This document shows, piece by piece, positions 38,318-47,734 of a stretch of 64,000 nucleotides of DNA (position 1 is its first letter; every line of letters begins with the position of its first letter). Position numbers and translations under genes: made by a program. The DNA lies in contig OZ255842.1 of the NCBI GenBank assembly GCA_965277805.1, forward strand, positions 1,632,001-1,696,000. Direction: 5' to 3'. This DNA comes from Candidatus Lustribacter sp. Its GTDB lineage: Bacteria; Vulcanimicrobiota; Vulcanimicrobiia; Vulcanimicrobiales; Vulcanimicrobiaceae. A model generated the notes under the pieces. The model was given only the letters and a program-made list of their open reading frames with translations. It was not told the DNA's origin and searched no databases.

Positions 38318-39639
38318 TAATTCAGGCCCGTTCTCCCGCCGATCAGACGCGATTTAGAGTAGCGATCGTGCAGTTGCATGCGCCGCACGAGACCGAACAA
38401 GAGCGGCACCACGAGAAAGACGCAGCAGAGCGCGAGGAAGTAGCGCCAAATGCTTTGCGCGATCCCGACCCGGCCATGATCGAGCCGAACGACACGCAGA
38501 TCGAGCACCATCATGCCGACCGTCCGGCCGGCGATCGCGACGAGGGCAGCCGCATACGGAAAATACCCGAGCCACGCATTGTCCTGGATGTAGTTTTTCA
38601 AGTCGGGCCAGTTGAGAATGTGCCAGTTGAAGAGCACGAACTTTGTGTGAACGCCGGGAGCGATCGAATCGCCCGGACTCGCGTTACCAACCGAAACGTT
38701 TACCGCGTGAAAGATCACCGAGAGAATCGTCACATCGATGGCAAATGCAAGGAAGCGCCGCAACCCTGAAGCCAGCTCCCGACGATCAACCGGTCCGTCG
38801 CTGGGTCCGAGCGCGGCGCGCACCGGCAACGGATCGCGCTCGAAGCGATCCATCCAATAGCGATAGGTGTCGGACGCGACGAACGTTTCAAGCGCGCGCA
38901 CGCGGTTGACCGCGTAGGGCATCATGCCGGTCAGCTCGCCCAGCCGGAGCGTGAGGTCCGATTCGATGTCGCGACGCTGATCCGCCAACACGGCGGCCTC
39001 AACGTGCCGCCCGCTGGCATGAAAGGTCGAGATCGCGATCGCTTTGACCGCCGCCTCGATCGGCGCGCATAAGAGGCCCGCGCGATCGGCCGAATATTCC
39101 GTCTGCCGTATCCACGCACCGAAGAGCGATGCGATGATCGGGTTGCTGCGGCCCGTCGCATTGATCAGCGAGAGCAACCGCGTGTTGCCGCCCGCGATGT
39201 GTCCGAGTTCGCGGCCGATCATGAACGCGAGTTCATCGGGTCCGAACAGCTGCAAGTATTGACTCGAGATCACGAGCGCGTAGGGTTCGCCGAGTCCGAC
39301 GCTATTCACCGGCACGAAGTAATCGTTGCTGATGAACACCAGGGGCGGCGCGATCCCGAGCCGGCGCGCGAGGCGTTCGACCGTGTCGGCAACGAGCGGA
39401 AACTCCTCGCGCCGCGCGCGGATGCTGCTCCCCAGCAGCCGGCCGCGGGTGAGCGAGACGAACACCATTCCAAAGACGAATAGCAGCGCGACTTGAGTCG
39501 GCGTGATGCCGTGGAAAACGAAGCCGATCACGACCAGCGTGATCGGGACGGTCAGCAAGAGCGAGAGTGCGACCTTGCGTTCGCGAGGGACCCGAATGGA
39601 CGTCCAACCCGAGAACAGCCCATCGACGCGAGCGGCCAT
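38317..39639 (-). CDS. M48 peptidase-like domain (degenerate zinc site) fused to a C-terminal RDD domain
   Basis: DELAFMIGRELGHI and EYSADRAG; RRFLAFAID...GRTVGMMVLDLRVV..HDRYS (RDD). Confidence 0.8.
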   Translation of the reverse strand: MAARVDGLFSGWTSIRVPRERKVALSLLLTVPITLVVIGFVFHGITPTQVALLFVFGMVFVSLTRGRLLGSSIRARREEFPLVADTVERLARRLGIAPPLVFISNDYFVPVNSVGLGEPYALVISSQYLQLFGPDELAFMIGRELGHIAGGNTRLLSLINATGRSNPIIASLFGAWIRQTEYSADRAGLLCAPIEAAVKAIAISTFHASGRHVEAAVLADQRRDIESDLTLRLGELTGMMPYAVNRVRALETFVASDTYRYWMDRFERDPLPVRAALGPSDGPVDRRELASGLRRFLAFAIDVTILSVIFHAVNVSVGNASPGDSIAPGVHTKFVLFNWHILNWPDLKNYIQDNAWLGYFPYAAALVAIAGRTVGMMVLDLRVVRLDHGRVGIAQSIWRYFLALCCVFLVVPLLFGLVRRMQLHDRYSKSRLIGGRTGLN

Positions 39640-39700
39640 GAGCGATCCTTCACGCCGTGCCTGGAGGGCCCTTGCACGGGCGTGGAGGATTCGTACGAGG

Positions 39701-40621
39701 ATGAAACATGTGTTCTTTGCTCTCATCCTTGCCTTCGGCGTGCCGGGCGCTGCGCTCGCGCAAACGCTGCCGACGGTGAAAGTCGCCACCACGCCGATCG
39801 ACGTGGGCGCCGAGGTCCTCTACGCGAAGGACATGGGCTTCTTCCAAAAGCACGGGCTCAATGTCGACGTGCAGTTCATCGACAACGGCGCGGCAATCGC
39901 ATCCGCCGTGGCCTCGGGTGCGATCGACATCGCCCAAGGCAACGTCGTCACGCTCGCCACGGCGCACGACAAGGGCTTACCGTTCGTCGTCGTAGTGCCC
40001 GCCGCGCTCTACTCGAGCACTGCGCCGACGAGCGCGCTGATCGTCGCCGCGAATGGCCCGATCAAATCGGCCAAAGATCTCAACGGCAAAACCGTCGGAA
40101 TCACCGGCGTCAAGAACATCACCCAGATCGCCGCGATGGCGTGGATCGATCAGAACGGAGGCGACTCGAGCACCGTCAAGTTCATCGAGCTGAAGTTCTC
40201 CGAAATGGGACCGGCAGTATTGGCCGGACGCATCGACGCGGGCGTTACCGCCGAACCCGACTTGAGCGAAGCTGTCGCTGCCGGCACGGTGCGCATCCTC
40301 GCACCGGTCTACAATGCCGTCGCTCCGACGTTCATCATCGGTGCGTGGTTTGCAACCAGCGATTGGGTGAAGGCGCACGCCGACATCGTGTCGCGCTACG
40401 TCGCCGCCATCAACGAAGCCGGCGCCTGGGCCAACAAGAATCAGCCCGCATCGGCGAAGATCCTCGAGAAATATACCAAAGTCGAAGCGAAGCCGGGCAT
40501 GAAGCGCGTGCTCTTCCCGGAAAAAAGCGATCTCGCCCTGATGCAACCCGCAATCGACGCCACCGCCAAATATAAAGTCATCAAAGCGAGCTTCCCGGCA
40601 AGCGACCTAGCCGCCAAGTAG
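39701..40621 (+). CDS. NitT/TauT-type ABC substrate-binding protein
   Basis: Signal peptide MKHVFFALILAFGVPGAALA; YAKDMGFFQKHGL, KDLNGKTVG, GRIDA; paralogous to 17853 and 59087. Confidence 0.87.
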   Translation: MKHVFFALILAFGVPGAALAQTLPTVKVATTPIDVGAEVLYAKDMGFFQKHGLNVDVQFIDNGAAIASAVASGAIDIAQGNVVTLATAHDKGLPFVVVVPAALYSSTAPTSALIVAANGPIKSAKDLNGKTVGITGVKNITQIAAMAWIDQNGGDSSTVKFIELKFSEMGPAVLAGRIDAGVTAEPDLSEAVAAGTVRILAPVYNAVAPTFIIGAWFATSDWVKAHADIVSRYVAAINEAGAWANKNQPASAKILEKYTKVEAKPGMKRVLFPEKSDLALMQPAIDATAKYKVIKASFPASDLAAK

Positions 40622-40634
40622 CCCGTATCTAAAG

Positions 40635-41504
40635 CTAGTCGAGGCTGGCGTTGATGAGTTCGCGGATTGAGGGGAGACGTTCGATGCGGGCGATGAGCGC
40701 GCGCAACGCTTCTGCCGGCGGCGCAGACGGCACCTTGGCAGCGACGTTCGTGTAGACGAACGTTTCGCCCAAGCCGTCGAGGAGCGCGTTCGTATCGAGC
40801 GATGTGCTCATGAGCGCAGCCAGACCGCGGCGGCCTTCGAGCGCTAATGGGGCGCCGGTGAACTCGGCCCGCGCAAGGAGTGCTGCCTCGATCCCGTCGG
40901 CCGCAGCGGCACCAACGATGTAGGCGGCGGTCATCGTGCCGCGCGCTGCGCTCAAGCCGCTCGCGGCGGTAGCGGCGATGCCGAACGCATCGCGCGTCGC
41001 TTCGCGCTGTAAGCCGAGCACCCGGGCAGCGGCGACGGCGGCACCCAAACGGCCGCACGTGCCGCGCGTATCCCATCCGCGTTCGATGTGCGCAACGCCC
41101 AGCGCGCGTTCGACGCGCACGGCAATCTCCGTTCCGGCAACGACCGCATCGAGCACGGTCGCGCCGGCTGCATCGACGCTCTCGCCGGCCGCGAGCGCAG
41201 CGGCAACGACCGGGGTCGCGATCGTCGCATCGTCGCCGGCGGCGATGCCGGTGAGGAATGCCGCATAAAGCGGCGTCGTAGCAGCGTTGCGGCCGATCGC
41301 GTGCGCACGCATACGCGCGGGCGCCGGCGCATCGGCCGCGGCGATCGTGACTGCCGCTGACTGCGCGTTGCTCAGCGCGCGCAATACCGTCGCCAGCACG
41401 AGTTCGCGCGCCGGCGCGCGAACGGGTTCGCGAAACGCCCAGCCGTTGCCGGCGAACGCCATCAACTCCGCGGTGGGCTGAACCGCCGGCCCTGCGGCGC
41501 TCAT
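40635..41504 (-). CDS. MmgE/PrpD-family protein, N-terminal domain only
   Basis: GWDTRGTCG, ATAASGL, FTGAPLALEGRRG; lacks the C-terminal domain. Confidence 0.7.
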   Translation of the reverse strand: MSAAGPAVQPTAELMAFAGNGWAFREPVRAPARELVLATVLRALSNAQSAAVTIAAADAPAPARMRAHAIGRNAATTPLYAAFLTGIAAGDDATIATPVVAAALAAGESVDAAGATVLDAVVAGTEIAVRVERALGVAHIERGWDTRGTCGRLGAAVAAARVLGLQREATRDAFGIAATAASGLSAARGTMTAAYIVGAAAADGIEAALLARAEFTGAPLALEGRRGLAALMSTSLDTNALLDGLGETFVYTNVAAKVPSAPPAEALRALIARIERLPSIRELINASLD

Positions 41505-42862
41505 GCCGTCACCGCCGCGATCAGCGCCGCGAGATCCGCCGCTTTCGGCAGATCCGATACGGCCTTGCGCAGAGCGCCGGTTCGTCCGGCCAGCACCGGT
41601 TCCACCAGCGCTTCGGCCTTGGCGTTGAGCTCCGCATCGGTCAACGGCCGCTCGAGACTGCCGCGCGCATGCGTCGTAATCTCTTCGATCGTCGTGCCGT
41701 CGGCGAGGCCCACGCTCACGCGCGCCGAGGCACGCGGCATCGCCTCATCCGGCTCGAGCCGCACGCGTGCGCGCAACGCCGCCACGTCCGGCGTGATCAC
41801 GAGCGCATCGTCGTATTGCGCGAGCCCGACCTTGCCGTCGCGCAGCCCCATCGTCACGCCGTGCACGGCGCTGAAGCGGGCCTGCAATCCGTCGCCGGGC
41901 GTCAGGTTCCCCATCAGCTCCGGCACCAGCGGATTGCACTGCACGACGACGCTTTCGATGGCGGACGCATTACCGATCCGCGACGCGATCGCGACCGCGG
42001 CGTCGATCGCCGGATGCGCGACGATGCCGCACGGATAGGGCTTGTAGGTGTTTTTCGCGAGCTCGAAGTTCGCGTGCAGGTCCAGGTCCAGCGCTCCGAT
42101 GCGGTGCGTGGTCGCGAGCGCGTCGGCAAATCCGCCCGGCGCTTCGAGCGCGTCTTCGGGCGAGGTGAAGCCGCGCGCCGCTAACGTTGCGGCGAGCAAT
42201 CCGTTGGCGGCGGCCTTGCCCGCATGATACGCCTTCGTCATGCGGCCGAACGCCTCGCGCTGGCCGACCGTACTGGATACGGCGATGCCGATCGTGCGAG
42301 CCGTTGCGCGGGCGTCGAGTCCCAACAGCGCCGCGGCGGCGACGGCCGCGCCGATCGTGCCGCACGTTCCGGTAATGTGCCAGCCGTCGTCGTAGTGTTC
42401 GGGGGAAATCGCGACGCCCAGCCGCAGTTGAATCTCGCAGCCAAGCACGAACGCACGCATCGCTGCCGCACCATCGGGTGCCGTCGACGGCGCGAGCGCC
42501 AGCAACGTTGCGGCGATGGCGGCGGCCGGATGGATCACCGTGGCCAGATGCGTGTCGTCGTAGTCGTCAACGTGCGCGGCGAACCCGTTACCGAGCGCGG
42601 CGAAGTGCGCGTCCGCGCGCACCGAGCGGCCCACCACCGGCGCAACCGCAGCGCCGCCGGTTTCGCGCGCTACGCGCAAGATCGCATCGAGTCCGGGATG
42701 GCGGCTCGCGCCGATCGCCACTGCCAGCACGTTGAAGAGCGAACGCTTCGCTTCGTGCAAGACGCTATCGGGCAAATCGGCGAGCGCAAACGCAACGATC
42801 GCAGCACTGAGATCACGCGTTACCGGCGGGTGGGCAACGGCTGTCGTACCGGGAGTACTCAT
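41501..42862 (-). CDS. MmgE/PrpD-family protein
   Basis: HVDDYDDTH..HP, GWHITGTCG, KAYHAG, KPYPCG..HP, ARFS. Confidence 0.9.
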   Translation of the reverse strand: MSTPGTTAVAHPPVTRDLSAAIVAFALADLPDSVLHEAKRSLFNVLAVAIGASRHPGLDAILRVARETGGAAVAPVVGRSVRADAHFAALGNGFAAHVDDYDDTHLATVIHPAAAIAATLLALAPSTAPDGAAAMRAFVLGCEIQLRLGVAISPEHYDDGWHITGTCGTIGAAVAAAALLGLDARATARTIGIAVSSTVGQREAFGRMTKAYHAGKAAANGLLAATLAARGFTSPEDALEAPGGFADALATTHRIGALDLDLHANFELAKNTYKPYPCGIVAHPAIDAAVAIASRIGNASAIESVVVQCNPLVPELMGNLTPGDGLQARFSAVHGVTMGLRDGKVGLAQYDDALVITPDVAALRARVRLEPDEAMPRASARVSVGLADGTTIEEITTHARGSLERPLTDAELNAKAEALVEPVLAGRTGALRKAVSDLPKAADLAALIAAVTA

Positions 42863-42889
42863 CGCGATTGCGCTTCGCGGCAGCGCCCG

Positions 42890-43867
42890 CTACGACCCCG
42901 TCGCGTGCTGGAGGAACAGCGAGACCAGCGCGACCGCCGCCCACAGCACGAACCCCAGCGCCAGCGGCCGCGGTCCGCTGCGCGCCAGCCGGGCGATGTC
43001 GGTCTGGACGCCGATCGCGGCGAGCGCCGAGGCGATCAAGAACGTCGAGAGCTGCGTGATGCGGGAATGCCACGCGGCGGGAACGGCACCGCTGGTATTG
43101 ATGCAAGCGGCCACGACGAACCAGCCGATGAACCAGGGCACGACCTTGCGCCACGGCACCCGAACGCCTTTGTCGCGTTGCGTGCGCGCGTGCGTGATCG
43201 CGACCAGCGCCACGACCGGCAAGATGAACGCCGCGCGTGCGAGCTTGACGATCGTCGCGTGTTCGCCCGCTTGCGTGCCGTACGCGTAGCCGGCCGCGAC
43301 GACCGATGACGTGTCGTTGATCGCGGTCCCCGCCCAGACGCCGAACTGACTCTGCGTGAGATGCATCAGGTTGCCGAGCGCCGGGAACGTCAGCACGGCT
43401 ACGATATTGTAGAAAAAAATAACGGCGATGCCGAGCGCGACGTCCGTTTCTTCCGGCTCGATCACCGAAGCCACAGCCGCAATCGCCGATGCACCGCATA
43501 TCGCCGTACCGACGCCGATCAAGTGCTGCAAGACGGCATCGATGTTCAGCATGCGGCCCACGATCGGCGCCAGCACCAGCGCCACGGCGATCGTGCCGAT
43601 CGTGACCGGGAGCGTCTCCCACCCCGTTTGCACCACGACCGCGAGCGAGAGCCCGAATCCCGACACCACGATTGCCGACTGCAGCACGTACTTTCCGGCA
43701 AACGCGAAGCCGCGGTTCAGCGCGCCGGGGAGCGGCAAGGTCTGACGCAGCACGATGCCGAGCACGATGGCGAGCACGGGTGCCCCGATCAACGGCAGAC
43801 CGCGCGCGGCTAGAGTCGCCAGCAGCGCGAGGGCGCCGGCGACGAGGAAGCCGGGCAGAATCGGCAC
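42890..43867 (-). CDS. YeiH-family (putative sulfate exporter) membrane protein
   Basis: GTAICGASAIAA, GTAINDTSSVVA, ATIVKLAR, VPWF. TATACT 6 nt before GTG 43867 suggests a leaderless start. Confidence 0.9.
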   Translation of the reverse strand: MPILPGFLVAGALALLATLAARGLPLIGAPVLAIVLGIVLRQTLPLPGALNRGFAFAGKYVLQSAIVVSGFGLSLAVVVQTGWETLPVTIGTIAVALVLAPIVGRMLNIDAVLQHLIGVGTAICGASAIAAVASVIEPEETDVALGIAVIFFYNIVAVLTFPALGNLMHLTQSQFGVWAGTAINDTSSVVAAGYAYGTQAGEHATIVKLARAAFILPVVALVAITHARTQRDKGVRVPWRKVVPWFIGWFVVAACINTSGAVPAAWHSRITQLSTFLIASALAAIGVQTDIARLARSGPRPLALGFVLWAAVALVSLFLQHATGS

Positions 43868-43947
43868 CGTCCGAGTATAGAGAGCGGTTGGCGAGAATAC
43901 CCGCCGCACCGCGGGCCAAGGGCTCAAAAACCGGGAAGACCATCGCT

Positions 43948-44193
43948 ATGAACGACCAGCAGCGCCCGAAGCCGGCAAGCCTCGACTACGAAAAGATCGA
44001 GGCCGATCTCGATCCCGCCCAGCGCGCCGAACTGGCCGCCCTACGGGCGCAGGTCGAGCACGAGTTCCCCAACGGCGAGCAGGTCCGCGGCCACGTCAAC
44101 GCCCTGCGCACGACGGAGGCGCGCATCGCCAACTGGTTCGATAATCCGGAGACGCAGCGCTGGCTGATGGCCATCACGGACGCGGGACTCTAG
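43948..44193 (+). CDS. Small helical hypothetical protein (81 aa)
   Basis: ATG 43948; typical codon usage; ends ...WLMAITDAGL. Confidence 0.65.
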   Translation: MNDQQRPKPASLDYEKIEADLDPAQRAELAALRAQVEHEFPNGEQVRGHVNALRTTEARIANWFDNPETQRWLMAITDAGL

Positions 44194-44723
44194 TTCCCCG
44201 GACCGCGTGAGGGGATGGCCGGGATTGCCGTGCGGCGCGGTAAGGGGCTGCCGGTATCGGCCGGCCGCGGCGCCGGCGTCGCGGGCGCCGGTGACGGCGT
44301 GAAGATGACGGTCGGCGTTGCCGACGGAGCACTTGGGTCGAAGGGCGCCGGCGTCTTCAGGTCGACCGCCGGCGGGACGTCGAGCGCGACGATGCGCGTG
44401 TGCGGATCGTATTCCGCTGCGCCACCGAACGCGCGGGCGACATCCGCCAACGGTAAATACGCGACGCCGTCGCGCCCGAACGGCGCCACCGGCAACGTGC
44501 CGCTCACGCCGTCGCACTCGAAGGCATCCGACCCGATGCGAAACGTGCACGTCCGGCCCTCGCGCACGAGCGTGATCGTATCGCCGTCGACGGCTGCGCG
44601 CTGGGTGAAGTGCGTGACGACGGGCGCCACCGGCGCCATCACGTGCCCGAACAGGAGCTGCGCCGGCGGAGCGCTAGCGAGGATCGTGCCGTTCAGGATG
44701 ACGATCACCGCCGCCGGGTTCAT
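44190..44723 (-). CDS. Copper-amine-oxidase N-terminal (stalk)-domain protein with Pro-rich tail
   Basis: VMAPV...FRIGS..LPVAPF.RDGVAYLPLADVARAFGGAAEYD. Confidence 0.7.
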   Translation of the reverse strand: MNPAAVIVILNGTILASAPPAQLLFGHVMAPVAPVVTHFTQRAAVDGDTITLVREGRTCTFRIGSDAFECDGVSGTLPVAPFGRDGVAYLPLADVARAFGGAAEYDPHTRIVALDVPPAVDLKTPAPFDPSAPSATPTVIFTPSPAPATPAPRPADTGSPLPRRTAIPAIPSRGPGN

Positions 44724-44725
44724 GC

Positions 44726-45565
44726 GTGCCTAACTCCCTTCGGATGCTGGTGGATGTCTTCCGCACGGCCGCCGTGCAGTTTTCCGCCGCCGGAGCAGCG
44801 TTTCTGGCACAGGCGATCGCGTTCAACGTCTTCTTTGCCGCTATACCGCTCTCGCTCGTGATCGTTGCGATGTTCGGCTACATCTTCGGTAGCGACGCCG
44901 GCGACTTGCGGGCGCTGGACACCATCGATCAGATCGCACCCCAATTCTACGACTTGGTGTCTGAGAATATCCAGTCGGTCGTCCGCTATCGGGGCGTTTC
45001 AGGGATCGTGGGCTTGCTCGGTTTGATCTGGTCGGCAAAAAACGTGTTCGGGGCCGTGTCCTACGGCCTCGATCGCTCGCTCGGACTGCGCAGCCGGCAC
45101 TTCATCTACGAGATCCTCATCGCGGTCGTGCTCGTGCCGATCCTAGGCCTGGTCCTGATCGTGGCAACCGCGGGCCCGCTCGCCATCACGTACATCGAAC
45201 GCTTCACCGGCCTCGAGTACCTGCGCTACGGTCCGCAGATCGGTTCGTACTCGTTTTCGCTCGCGTTCGTCTTCGTGCTTGCGCTGCTGGTGTACACCTA
45301 CTTGCCCAACCGTCCCGCGCACCCGGTATCGTCGATTCCCGGCGCGCTCGTTACGGCGATCGGCTACTCGCTCGCTCAAGTTGCATTCGGCATTTACACC
45401 GCGCACGCCAACGTCTTCCAGATCTACGGCACGCTCTCGGCCATCTTCGCGTTGATGCTGTGGGTGTATTACATGTGCTTGATCTTTCTCTATGGCGCTC
45501 ACGTGAGCGCGGCCTGGGAGACGCGTCACCTCGATCCTGGCGGTCCCGCGTCGAGCTCGGGATGA
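44726..45565 (+). CDS. YihY/BrkB-family membrane protein
   Basis: AQAIAFNVFFAAIPL, LIWSA, YTYLP, IYGTL..LMLWVY..IFLYGA. Confidence 0.88.
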   Translation: MPNSLRMLVDVFRTAAVQFSAAGAAFLAQAIAFNVFFAAIPLSLVIVAMFGYIFGSDAGDLRALDTIDQIAPQFYDLVSENIQSVVRYRGVSGIVGLLGLIWSAKNVFGAVSYGLDRSLGLRSRHFIYEILIAVVLVPILGLVLIVATAGPLAITYIERFTGLEYLRYGPQIGSYSFSLAFVFVLALLVYTYLPNRPAHPVSSIPGALVTAIGYSLAQVAFGIYTAHANVFQIYGTLSAIFALMLWVYYMCLIFLYGAHVSAAWETRHLDPGGPASSSG

Positions 45566-45595
45566 CACGCCGAGGGCATCGTGGAATCTGCTAAG

Positions 45596-46522
45596 GTGCG
45601 CCTATCCTTGCTCGCCGTTTTTGCATGTCTCTCCGTGTTCCTGACGGCGGCGACACCCGCGTTCACCATCGTCCCATCGGTGATCGTCTATCCGCTGGCG
45701 AGCTCGCCGGAACTTGACCGCGAGGCAAGCGCGCGCATCGTGACGACCCTGGCGACTCAGATCGCGCAAGGGGGTGGGATCAAGATCATCCCATCGACCG
45801 TGGGCATCGACCGCAACAAGTACCTCTCCGATGCGCGGTCTCAGGGCGCGAACTACTACGTGACCGGATTCATGACGCCGCTCGGCAACGGCGCGTCGGT
45901 CGTGGAACAAGTGGTGAGCACCACCTCCGGAACGCTGGTTTTCAGCGTGACGAATTACATCACCAACCTGGCCGACATCGCGAATCAGGGCGATCAGCTG
46001 CGCGCGGGAATTCTCGAGCGCGCCCAGCGCGGCATCCAGGCCTTCGCCGCGCCGCCGCCCGCCGAAGACACGCCCGCGCCGCAAGCCAGCGGAGCCGATG
46101 TCAACGTGAACAAGCTCTTCCAACGCAAGAAGGGCAGCCCGGCAGCGACCATTGCGCTGGCGCCGCCCGCCGACACGACGCTCGCCATTCTGACCGTCGG
46201 CGGATCGTCCGACTTCGATCAGCGCAGTGCGGCCGCGAAGGCGCTGGCCGCTGCGTTCGAACATGCCGGCCGGCACGCCGTGATCTCCGACGCCGGCACG
46301 CCCGCTCCCGCCGTGTGCACGATATCGAAAGCAGCCGTGATCGTCGGCGCCTGGCTCGACACGCCGCCGCCGAACGCGGCCGCCGCAGACTCGACGCTCC
46401 GCTTGATCGCCTACGATTGTAACGGCAACGTGGCGTTCGATCGCACGTTCAAAGAGCCGCTGGCGGCGATAACGGATGCCGCCGTAGGCGCCTACCTCAA
46501 TCCGCCGAAGCGGCGCGCCTAA
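45596..46522 (+). CDS. Secreted hypothetical protein (two alpha/beta domains)
   Basis: Signal-peptide-like RLSLLAVFACLSVFLTAA; fills the gap; start 45581 or 45596. Confidence 0.65.
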   Translation: MRLSLLAVFACLSVFLTAATPAFTIVPSVIVYPLASSPELDREASARIVTTLATQIAQGGGIKIIPSTVGIDRNKYLSDARSQGANYYVTGFMTPLGNGASVVEQVVSTTSGTLVFSVTNYITNLADIANQGDQLRAGILERAQRGIQAFAAPPPAEDTPAPQASGADVNVNKLFQRKKGSPAATIALAPPADTTLAILTVGGSSDFDQRSAAAKALAAAFEHAGRHAVISDAGTPAPAVCTISKAAVIVGAWLDTPPPNAAAADSTLRLIAYDCNGNVAFDRTFKEPLAAITDAAVGAYLNPPKRRA

Positions 46523-47028
46523 GCTTCGTCGGCCGCCGAGGGGTCGAGCAAGCCCGCGGGTACGGTCACGCGGATCTCTTTGCGTGTAACGTCGACGCTC
46601 GCGATGAACGCCGCGATGAGCGGCAGCAGCGCGCGTGCGGCGCCGATCACGAGAAGATCCTGGTTTGGATAGTGCAAGACGTCGACGACGACGCCGCGCT
46701 CGATCCCCGCTTCATCGAGTAGGCGGCAACCGACCAAGTCTTCATCGAAGTACTCGCCCGCATTGAGCGGCGCATCTTCGCGCGCGATGATGAGCTGCGC
46801 GCCGACGAGCGCTTCCGCGGCGTTCGCATCGTCGATCCCGGCGATGCGGATCAGCGGCCGGTCTTTTTGGCGGCGCACGGCCGCAATCGTTACCGCGCGC
46901 GTCGTGCCGTCGGGCAAGCGCAACGAGGCCTCGAGTCCGGGCCGCACGGCATCATCGCCGATGCGTGAGGCATCGAGCTTTAACTCGCCGCGCAATCCGA
47001 AAACGCCGGCAATACGGCCGGCGTTCAG
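46519..47028 (-). CDS. rimM: 16S rRNA processing protein RimM
   Basis: GRIAGVFGLRGELK, GEYFDEDLVG, LLP..FIASVD..I.V; position after rpsP-khpA. Start uncertain (CTG 47028 or ATG 47121). Confidence 0.9.
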   Translation of the reverse strand: MNAGRIAGVFGLRGELKLDASRIGDDAVRPGLEASLRLPDGTTRAVTIAAVRRQKDRPLIRIAGIDDANAAEALVGAQLIIAREDAPLNAGEYFDEDLVGCRLLDEAGIERGVVVDVLHYPNQDLLVIGAARALLPLIAAFIASVDVTRKEIRVTVPAGLLDPSAADEA

Positions 47029-47029
47029 A

Positions 47030-47731
47030 TCACTTCTTTTTGGCAGTCTTCTTCTTCGCGGCCGGCGTCTTCTTCGCGGCCGTCTTTTTCTTCGCTGGCG
47101 TTTTCTTTTTCGGCGCGGCATCGGGCGCTTCCGCAACCGCATCCACGTCCTCGCCGGCTTCGGCTTCGGCTTCGGTTTCGGTTTCGGCGGCCGACGTGTC
47201 GCCGGCGTGTTCTAGATCGGCCTCGTGTTGGTCGTCGTCTTCGACGTCGACGATATCGATCGTCACCTTGCCTTCGGCGCTGGCGCGAACGATGGTGCGC
47301 AGCGCTTGCGCGACGCGGCCGCCCTTGCCGATGACCTTTCCGAAATCTTCGGGGTGCACTTCGAGTTCGATGATCGGTCCGCGCGCGCCGTCGACGACGG
47401 CGACGATGACGTCATCGGGTTGCGAGACGAGGCGTTTCGCGAGGAACGTCAGCAGTTCGACGGCGCGTGCTTGCGCGACGGCGGGATCGCCGGCCGGACG
47501 CGGTCCGTGATCGCGGTCGCGATACGGCCGGCGCTCGCCGCCGCCCGTCCGGGAATCGCTGCCGGCACTACCGGCACGGCGCCGGGCGGGACGCTCGTCC
47601 TCGGGTTCGATGTCGTCGCTGAACGATTCGTTCGTGGCGATCTGACGCGCTCCGAGGGTCGATTTCCGTTCTTCTTCCGGCGTCGCTTCGTCGTCGCCGA
47701 ACAACCCGAATTCGTCGTCGAACGCGGACAC
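47030..47731 (-). CDS. khpA: KH-domain RNA-binding protein KhpA (YlqC) with long acidic and Lys-rich extensions
   Basis: Core LAKRLVSQPDDV..ELEVHPEDFGKVIGKGGRVAQALRTIV; conserved rpsP-khpA-rimM order. Confidence 0.88.
   Translation of the reverse strand: MSAFDDEFGLFGDDEATPEEERKSTLGARQIATNESFSDDIEPEDERPARRRAGSAGSDSRTGGGERRPYRDRDHGPRPAGDPAVAQARAVELLTFLAKRLVSQPDDVIVAVVDGARGPIIELEVHPEDFGKVIGKGGRVAQALRTIVRASAEGKVTIDIVDVEDDDQHEADLEHAGDTSAAETETEAEAEAGEDVDAVAEAPDAAPKKKTPAKKKTAAKKTPAAKKKTAKKK
47033..47185. repeat. Low-complexity coding repeats: (TTCGGC/TTCGGT)n and near-tandem TCTTCTTCGCGGCCG units
   Basis: Encode the ETETEAEAEA and KKTPAA/KKTAA repeats of the KhpA tail. Confidence 0.7.
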
Positions 47732-47734
47732 CGG

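Noticed and set aside
47033-47185. Short tandem repeats as a CRISPR array or contingency locus
   Set aside because: In-frame low-complexity coding repeats with no spacers and no cas genes anywhere in the window.
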